Origin: Bacteroidota bacterium
GTDB taxonomy: Bacteria; Bacteroidota; Bacteroidia; Bacteroidales; VadinHA17
NCBI GenBank assembly: GCA_030706785.1
Contig: JAUZNW010000003.1
Span: 1 to 55,169 of the forward strand
Length of the DNA: 55,169 bases
Reading direction: 5' to 3'
In this document: positions 48,609 to 55,169 of the stretch, in pieces
Layout of the letters: every line of letters begins with the position of its first letter
Numbering within the stretch: the first letter of the stretch is position 1
Program-made: the position numbers and the translations under genes
The notes under the pieces: model-generated
What the model was told of the DNA's origin: nothing
The model's database searches: none
Seen by the model: only the letters and a program-made list of their open reading frames with translations

Positions 48609-48986
48609 ATGGCAGATCTTAAGAAATTTGCAGAAGAACTGGTTAACCTGTCTGTTAAAGAGGTGAATGAACTGGCTAAAATACTCAAGGAAGAGTACGG
48701 AATTGAACCCGCAGCAACTGCTGTGGCCGTTGCAGGCACTGCTGCAGGCGGTGAAGCACCAAAAGCTGCTGAAAAATCAACCTTTGATGTTATCCTGAAG
48801 GCAGCTGGTGGCCAGAAACTACAGATTGTCAAGCTTGTTAAGGATATCACCGGCCTGGGACTGAAGGAAGCCAAGGCAGTTGTTGATGCTGCTCCGGCTC
48901 CTGTAAAGGAGGGTATATCAAAAGATGAAGCAGAAGCTATAAAAAGTCAATTGGTAGAAGCAGGAGCTGAAGTTGAACTTAAATAA
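48609..48986 (+). CDS. rplL: 50S ribosomal protein bL12
   Basis: Ala-rich hinge, [18 protein letters not shown]. Confidence 0.98.
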   Translation: MADLKKFAEELVNLSVKEVNELAKILKEEYGIEPAATAVAVAGTAAGGEAPKAAEKSTFDVILKAAGGQKLQIVKLVKDITGLGLKEAKAVVDAAPAPVKEGISKDEAEAIKSQLVEAGAEVELK

Positions 48987-49010
48987 TTTATACCTGTTTT
49001 TGTAGGTTGT

Positions 49011-49045
49011 AGGTTTGGTCCCGCATGGGCGGGACCACACCTTTT
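49011..49045 (+). terminator. Attenuator/terminator between rplL and rpoB
   Basis: AGGTTTGGTCCCGC-atgg-GCGGGACCACACCT followed by T residues. Confidence 0.75.
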
Positions 49046-49083
49046 CGTTCTTTTAATTAATAAGTTCACTTAATCATTTTTAA

Positions 49084-52000
49084 ATGTCCTTAAAAAATAC
49101 TGAAAGAATAAGTTTTGCTTCCAGGAAAAATCAGCTCGATTATCCCGATTTTCTGGAAGTTCAGTTGAAATCATTCGGAGAGTTTTTCCAGCTGGGGACT
49201 ACACCCGAAAACAGGAAGAAAGAAGGACTTTATAAGGTCTTTACGGAAAACTTTCCGATAACGGATACAAGAAATAATTTCGTTCTTGAGTTTCTGGATT
49301 ATTATATCGATCCTCCGCGTTATACTATCGATGAGTGTATCGAAAGAGGCCTCACGTACAGTGTTCCGCTTAAAGCTAAACTAAAGCTTTACTGCACCGA
49401 TCCTGAACATGAGGATTTCGATACAGTGATCCAGGATGTTTATCTCGGAACGGTCCCATACATGACTGAACGGGGTACTTTCGTGATCAACGGGGCTGAA
49501 AGGGTCGTAGTATCCCAGCTTCACAGATCCCCTGGCGTATTCTTCGGTCAGAGCATCCATGCCAACGGAACCAAGCTCTATTCAGCAAGGATAATTCCGT
49601 TCAAGGGTTCATGGATCGAATTCGCCACCGACATTAACAATGTCATGTATGCGTACATCGACAGAAAGAAAAAACTGCCGGTCACCACTTTGCTCAGAGC
49701 AATCGGTTTTGAGAGCGATAAAGAAATCCTCGAGATCTTCAACCTGGCAGAAGAACATAAGGTTTCCAAAACAAATATCAAGAAACTTATCGGCCGCAAG
49801 CTTGCAGCCAGGGTTCTTAAAACATGGGTTGAAGACTTTGTGGACGAGGATACCGGAGAAGTTGTCTCGATTGAAAGAAATGAAGTGATTCTTGACAGGG
49901 AAACTGTCATAGAAGCAGAGCATGTCGACATGATAGTTGATTCCGGTGCAAAGGCAATCCTTCTGCACAAGGATGACTCAACACTGTCGGATTTTGCCAT
50001 AATATACAATACTCTTCAGAAGGATCCCTGCAACTCTGAGAAAGAGGCTGTTATCTATATCTACCGTCAGCTTCGCAATGCGGAGCCGCCTGATGAAGCG
50101 ACCGCCAGGGATGTCATTGAAAAACTGTTCTTCTCGGACAAGAGGTATGACCTTGGTGAAGTTGGCCGCTACAGGATCAATAAGAAACTAGGTCTTAACA
50201 CCGATATGAGTGTTAAGATACTTACAAAAGAAGATATCATTAAGATCATCGGTTATCTTATAGAGCTTATAAATTCAAAGACAGAAGTCGATGACATTGA
50301 TCACCTGAGCAACAGAAGGGTACGCACTGTAGGTGAGCAACTGTATGCCCAGTTCGGTGTCGGCCTTGCTCGTATGGCACGTACAATAAGGGAGAGAATG
50401 AACGTAAGGGACAACGAGGTGTTCACTCCTGTCGACCTGATAAATTCAAAGACACTCTCCTCGGTCATTAACTCATTCTTCGGCACGAACCAGCTTTCAC
50501 AGTTTATGGATCAGACCAATCCGCTGGCTGAGATGACACATAAACGGCGTATGTCAGCACTGGGACCCGGCGGCCTTTCACGTGAAAGAGCCGGATTTGA
50601 GGTCAGGGACGTCCATTATACTCACTACGGCAGACTCTGCCCGATCGAAACCCCAGAAGGTCCGAACATCGGTCTGATTTCATCCCTCTGCGTTTATGCC
50701 AAGATAAACGACCTTGGATTTATTGAAACACCTTACCGGAAGGTAAAGGAGGGAAAGGTCGATTTTGGTCATGAAGGAGTTGTCTGGCTGAGCGCTGAGG
50801 AAGAGGAGGAAAAAATGATAGCTCAGGCTAACGCTCCGCTTCTTCCTGACGGACGTTTTGAGAATCAGAGGGCAAAATGCCGGTATGAAGCCGATTATCC
50901 GTTCGAAGATGTTTCAAGGGTCGACCTTATGGATGTTGCGCCAAACCAGATTGCCTCGATAGCTGCTTCACTTATCCCGTTCCTTGAGCATGATGATGCC
51001 AACAGGGCCCTTATGGGATCGAACATGATGCGCCAGGCCGTTCCGCTTATAAATCCTGAATCGCCAATAGTCGGTACAGGACTTGAAGGCCAGGTGATAA
51101 GGGACAGCCGTATACTTTACGTTGCTGAGGGTGACGGTGTGGTTGAATATGTCGATGCAAACGAGATCGTCATCCGGTATACACGTACTGATGAGGAGAA
51201 GTTTGTAAGCTTCGACGACGACATAAAGAGATATATTCTACCGAAATACAAGAAAACAAACCAGAATACATGCATTAACCTTATCCCGGTTGTAAGGAAA
51301 GGTGAGAAGGTTACTAAAGGACAGGTGCTCACCGAAGGGTATGGTACAAAGAATGGCGAGCTTGCCCTGGGACGTAACCTGAAGGTTGCCTTCATGCCGT
51401 GGAAGGGTTACAACTTTGAGGATGCTATAGTGATCTCCGAAAAAGTTGTTCAGGAAGATATGTTCACTTCGGTGCATATCGATGAATATCTTCTTGAGGT
51501 TCGCGACACAAAGCGTGGTCTTGAGGAACTGACATCTGATATTCCCAACGTCAGTGAAGAGGCAACCAAGAACCTTGATGAGAATGGTCTTATAAGGATA
51601 GGCGCTCATATAATGCCTGGCGACATTCTTATAGGAAAGATAACTCCGAAAGGAGAATCTGACCCTTCACCGGAGGAAAAACTGCTTCGTGCAATCTTCG
51701 GTGACAAGGCAGGTGATGTTAAGGATGCTTCACTTAAAGCAGGCCCCTCTCTTGAGGGTGTCGTGATCGATAAAAAGCTGTTCACAAGGGCTATTAAGGA
51801 CAGGAAGGCAAAAGCAGTTGAAAAGCCTCTCCTCGATAAGATAGAAGCTGATTTCAACAGAAGTGTTGATGAACTGAAAGCCAGGCTGGTTGACAAACTG
51901 TTCATTCTTGTAAATGGAAAGACTTCACAGGGTGTGAAAGACTATCTCAATGTGGATGTAATCCCTAAAGGGTCCAAATTCACACTGAAGCAGCTGCAGG

Positions 52001-52893
52001 AAATTGATTTTCTGAATATCAACCCCAACAAGTGGACGACCGACAAGAAAAAGAATGACAGCATCAAGCAGCTTCTTCATAACTATATCATTAAGTTTAA
52101 GGAGATTGATGGCGTCTTCAAGCGAAAGAAATACAACATCACGATTGGTGATGAGCTTCCTGCAGGAATTGTCCGTCTGGCTAAAGTATATATTGCAAAG
52201 AAGCGTAAGGTCAAGGTAGGTGATAAAATGGCCGGTCGTCATGGTAATAAGGGTATTGTTGCCAAAATAGTCCGTCAGGAAGACATGCCTTTCCTGGAGG
52301 ACGGTACGCCTGTGGACATTGTTCTTAATCCGCTGGGTGTTCCTTCAAGAATGAACCTCGGACAGATCTATGAAACTGTCCTTGGGTGGGCAGGCCAAAA
52401 GCTGGGACTTCAGTTCTCCACACCTATTTTTGACGGTGCTACAATAGATCAGATAACTGAATATACCGAGAAGGCGGAATTACCGAAGTACGGAAAGACA
52501 TATCTGTACGACGGTGGTACCGGCGAGAGGTTCGACCAGCCAGCAACAGTGGGAGTGATCTACATGATGAAGCTTGGCCATATGGTTGACGACAAGATGC
52601 ACGCCCGTTCGATAGGACCTTATTCACTTATCACGCAGCAGCCGCTTGGCGGTAAGGCACAGTTTGGTGGTCAGAGATTCGGTGAAATGGAAGTATGGGC
52701 CCTCGAAGCATTCGGTGCTGCCCATGTCCTCCAGGAGATACTTACAATCAAGTCAGACGATGTGATCGGCCGTGCAAAGGCCTATGAATCGATTGTGAAG
52801 GGTGAGCCGATGCCTCAGGCCGGAATACCTGAATCACTGAATGTTTTATTGCACGAACTCAGAGGACTGGGATTGAGCGTAATCCTTGATTAA
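49084..52893 (+). CDS. rpoB: RNA polymerase beta subunit
   Basis: [42 protein letters not shown]. Confidence 0.99.
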   Translation: MSLKNTERISFASRKNQLDYPDFLEVQLKSFGEFFQLGTTPENRKKEGLYKVFTENFPITDTRNNFVLEFLDYYIDPPRYTIDECIERGLTYSVPLKAKLKLYCTDPEHEDFDTVIQDVYLGTVPYMTERGTFVINGAERVVVSQLHRSPGVFFGQSIHANGTKLYSARIIPFKGSWIEFATDINNVMYAYIDRKKKLPVTTLLRAIGFESDKEILEIFNLAEEHKVSKTNIKKLIGRKLAARVLKTWVEDFVDEDTGEVVSIERNEVILDRETVIEAEHVDMIVDSGAKAILLHKDDSTLSDFAIIYNTLQKDPCNSEKEAVIYIYRQLRNAEPPDEATARDVIEKLFFSDKRYDLGEVGRYRINKKLGLNTDMSVKILTKEDIIKIIGYLIELINSKTEVDDIDHLSNRRVRTVGEQLYAQFGVGLARMARTIRERMNVRDNEVFTPVDLINSKTLSSVINSFFGTNQLSQFMDQTNPLAEMTHKRRMSALGPGGLSRERAGFEVRDVHYTHYGRLCPIETPEGPNIGLISSLCVYAKINDLGFIETPYRKVKEGKVDFGHEGVVWLSAEEEEEKMIAQANAPLLPDGRFENQRAKCRYEADYPFEDVSRVDLMDVAPNQIASIAASLIPFLEHDDANRALMGSNMMRQAVPLINPESPIVGTGLEGQVIRDSRILYVAEGDGVVEYVDANEIVIRYTRTDEEKFVSFDDDIKRYILPKYKKTNQNTCINLIPVVRKGEKVTKGQVLTEGYGTKNGELALGRNLKVAFMPWKGYNFEDAIVISEKVVQEDMFTSVHIDEYLLEVRDTKRGLEELTSDIPNVSEEATKNLDENGLIRIGAHIMPGDILIGKITPKGESDPSPEEKLLRAIFGDKAGDVKDASLKAGPSLEGVVIDKKLFTRAIKDRKAKAVEKPLLDKIEADFNRSVDELKARLVDKLFILVNGKTSQGVKDYLNVDVIPKGSKFTLKQLQEIDFLNINPNKWTTDKKKNDSIKQLLHNYIIKFKEIDGVFKRKKYNITIGDELPAGIVRLAKVYIAKKRKVKVGDKMAGRHGNKGIVAKIVRQEDMPFLEDGTPVDIVLNPLGVPSRMNLGQIYETVLGWAGQKLGLQFSTPIFDGATIDQITEYTEKAELPKYGKTYLYDGGTGERFDQPATVGVIYMMKLGHMVDDKMHARSIGPYSLITQQPLGGKAQFGGQRFGEMEVWALEAFGAAHVLQEILTIKSDDVIGRAKAYESIVKGEPMPQAGIPESLNVLLHELRGLGLSVILD

Positions 52894-52939
52894 CAATCCG
52901 GTCCCTGAGGTGTTTAACTGTTAAAAAAAAAATCATTAT

Positions 52940-55169
52940 ATGTCATTCAGAAGAGATAACAAAGCCAAAACAAGCTACTCAAAGATCTCTATAGGGCTTG
53001 CTTCACCTGAGGAAATCCTCGATCGCTCAAGCGGTGAAGTGCTTAAACCCGAGACAATTAACTACCGGACTTACAAACCTGAGCGGGATGGACTGTTCTG
53101 CGAAAGGATCTTCGGCCCGGTAAAGGATTATGAATGCCATTGCGGAAAATACAAGAGAATACGTTACAAAGGTATCGTCTGCGACCGTTGCGGCGTGGAG
53201 GTTACCGAGAAGAAAGTACGCCGTGAGAGGATGGGACATATCTCACTTGTAGTACCGATCGCACATATCTGGTATTTCCGCTCATTGCCGAACAAGATCG
53301 GTTACCTGCTTGGCCTTCCCACAAAAAAGCTTGATTCAATTATCTATTATGAAAGATATGTTGTTATCAATCCTGGGATCAAGGCAGCTGATGGCATTAA
53401 ATATCTTGATTTTCTTACTGAAGAGGAATATATTGAAATAATAGAGTCCCTTCCGAAAGAAAACCAGTATCTCGAGGATAATCATCCCGACAAGTTCATC
53501 GCTGATATGGGCGCTGAAGCATTGTACAAGCTTCTCAGTCGTATCGACCTCGATGAACTTTCATATTCCCTTCGTCACAGGGCAAACACCGAGACGTCAC
53601 AGCAGCGCAAGAATGAAGCCCTTAAGCGTCTCCAGGTTGTAGAAGCCTTCAGGGATTCAAAGAATGTCAACAAACCAGGATGGATGATAATCAAGGTTGT
53701 ACCTGTTATACCGCCCGAGCTGAGGCCCCTTGTGCCTCTTGATGGCGGACGTTTCGCCACAAGCGATCTTAACGACCTGTACAGGAGAGTTATTATCAGG
53801 AACAACAGGCTTAAAAGGCTTATAGAGATCAAAGCTCCGGAGGTCATTCTCAGGAATGAAAAGAGAATGCTCCAGGAAGCAGTTGATTCTTTGTTCGATA
53901 ATTCACGAAAAGCAAATGCAGTAAAGACTGATGCAAACCGTCCTCTTAAATCGCTGAGCGACAGCCTTAAAGGGAAACAAGGCCGGTTCCGTCAGAACCT
54001 GTTGGGTAAGAGAGTTGACTACTCAGCCCGTTCAGTCATTGTGGTTGGTCCTGAACTGAACCTTCATGAGACCGGACTGCCGAAAGACATGGCTGCCGAG
54101 CTTTACAAGCCTTTCATTATCCGAAAGCTTATTGAACGCGGAATTGTGAAAACTGTTAAGTCGGCTAAGAAGATAGTCGACAGGAAAGATCCCGTTGTCT
54201 GGGACATCCTTGAGAATGTCCTTAAAGGACACCCTGTGCTGCTTAATCGTGCGCCCACTCTGCACAGGCTGGGTATACAGGCTTTCCAGCCAAAACTTAT
54301 AGAAGGAAAGGCAATTCAACTTCACCCGCTTGTATGTACAGCATTCAATGCTGACTTCGATGGTGACCAGATGGCTGTTCATCTTCCGCTTGGGAATGCA
54401 GCTATCCTGGAAGCCCAGATGCTGATGCTTGCCTCACATAATATACTTAACCCAGCCAATGGTGCCCCAATCACAGTTCCGTCACAGGACATGGTTCTCG
54501 GACTTTACTACATTACAAAGGGGAGGAAAAGCACCCCGGCAGACAAGGTTAAGGGAGAAGGACTTGTCTTCTATTCACCGCAGGAGGTAATGATTGCCTA
54601 CAACGAAAGTAAGGTGGATCTTCATGCTTTCATAAAGGTCAAGGTGAATGACCGTGTTGAGGGACTGATGGAAAATCGTATTGTTGAGACCACTGTCGGA
54701 CGGGTTATATTCAACCAGTATGTTCCGGAAGGAGTTGGGTTTATAAATGAGATACTTACAAAGAAATCTCTCAGGGATATCATAGGAAGGGTCCTGAAAG
54801 CAACGGGTACAGCCAAAACTGCTGACTTCCTTGATGCCATCAAGAACCTTGGATTCTATTCAGCATTCAAGGGTGGACTTTCATTCAACCTGGATGATGT
54901 TATTATCCCCGAAGAAAAGACAAAATTCGTCACTGAGGGATATGAGCAGGTTGAGGAAGTGCTTAATAACTACAACATGGGGTTCATAACAAATAATGAG
55001 CGCTACAACCAGATAATCGATATCTGGACCCATGTCAATGCTAGGCTGACTCAATCGCTGATGAAGCAGCTTTCAGCCGATAAGCAGGGGTTCAATTCAG
55101 TTTACATGATGCTCGACTCAGGAGCAAGGGGTTCCAAAGAGCAGATCCGCCAGCTCTCAGGTATGAGGG
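52940..55169 (+). CDS. rpoC: RNA polymerase beta' subunit (5' part; runs off the window)
   Basis: Absent from the ORF track; ATG 52940 reads [24 protein letters not shown]; in-frame NADFDGD at 54347. Confidence 0.98.
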   Translation, partial: MSFRRDNKAKTSYSKISIGLASPEEILDRSSGEVLKPETINYRTYKPERDGLFCERIFGPVKDYECHCGKYKRIRYKGIVCDRCGVEVTEKKVRRERMGHISLVVPIAHIWYFRSLPNKIGYLLGLPTKKLDSIIYYERYVVINPGIKAADGIKYLDFLTEEEYIEIIESLPKENQYLEDNHPDKFIADMGAEALYKLLSRIDLDELSYSLRHRANTETSQQRKNEALKRLQVVEAFRDSKNVNKPGWMIIKVVPVIPPELRPLVPLDGGRFATSDLNDLYRRVIIRNNRLKRLIEIKAPEVILRNEKRMLQEAVDSLFDNSRKANAVKTDANRPLKSLSDSLKGKQGRFRQNLLGKRVDYSARSVIVVGPELNLHETGLPKDMAAELYKPFIIRKLIERGIVKTVKSAKKIVDRKDPVVWDILENVLKGHPVLLNRAPTLHRLGIQAFQPKLIEGKAIQLHPLVCTAFNADFDGDQMAVHLPLGNAAILEAQMLMLASHNILNPANGAPITVPSQDMVLGLYYITKGRKSTPADKVKGEGLVFYSPQEVMIAYNESKVDLHAFIKVKVNDRVEGLMENRIVETTVGRVIFNQYVPEGVGFINEILTKKSLRDIIGRVLKATGTAKTADFLDAIKNLGFYSAFKGGLSFNLDDVIIPEEKTKFVTEGYEQVEEVLNNYNMGFITNNERYNQIIDIWTHVNARLTQSLMKQLSADKQGFNSVYMMLDSGARGSKEQIRQLSGMR

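Noticed and set aside
52940-55169. Apparent ORF-free region at the window end
   Set aside because: It is rpoC, missed by the ORF track because its stop codon lies outside the window

Overview
A mostly housekeeping chromosomal segment from a Bacteroidota bacterium, probably an anaerobic Bacteroidales lineage. This is supported by TAnnTTTG promoters, AT-rich SD-less start regions, a short primary-type sigma factor, PorT, TamL, single-chain PFOR and Rho with an N-terminal insertion. It carries SRP RNA, yciO, trkH/trkA, comEC, def, ruvX, PFOR, rho, a sigma factor, rpe, miaA, a LuxC-like reductase, a BlaI/M56-TonB pair, gap, msrBA, a Gfo/TIM-barrel sugar pair, a nitroreductase, a tricorn protease, menG-porT, trmH/tamL and comEA. 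It ends with the rpsU-xerC-hpf-tRNA-tuf-secE-nusG-rplKAJL-rpoB-rpoC cluster, with rpoC truncated by the window end. I saw no CRISPR array, transposase, prophage or defence island, and I cannot claim a clearly new system. The best leads are: (1) an uncharacterised three-gene membrane redox/Fe-S operon at 35.8-38.1 kb; (2) perfect Shine-Dalgarno sequences on xerC and hpf directly behind an SD-less rpsU; (3) a 41-aa CPAY lipoprotein paired with a putative beta-barrel; (4) a 22-unit octamer array plus dispersed heptamer arrays and REP-like doublets; (5) a tRNA-Gly with an A53:U61 pair. All protein calls come from motif recognition, not database searches.
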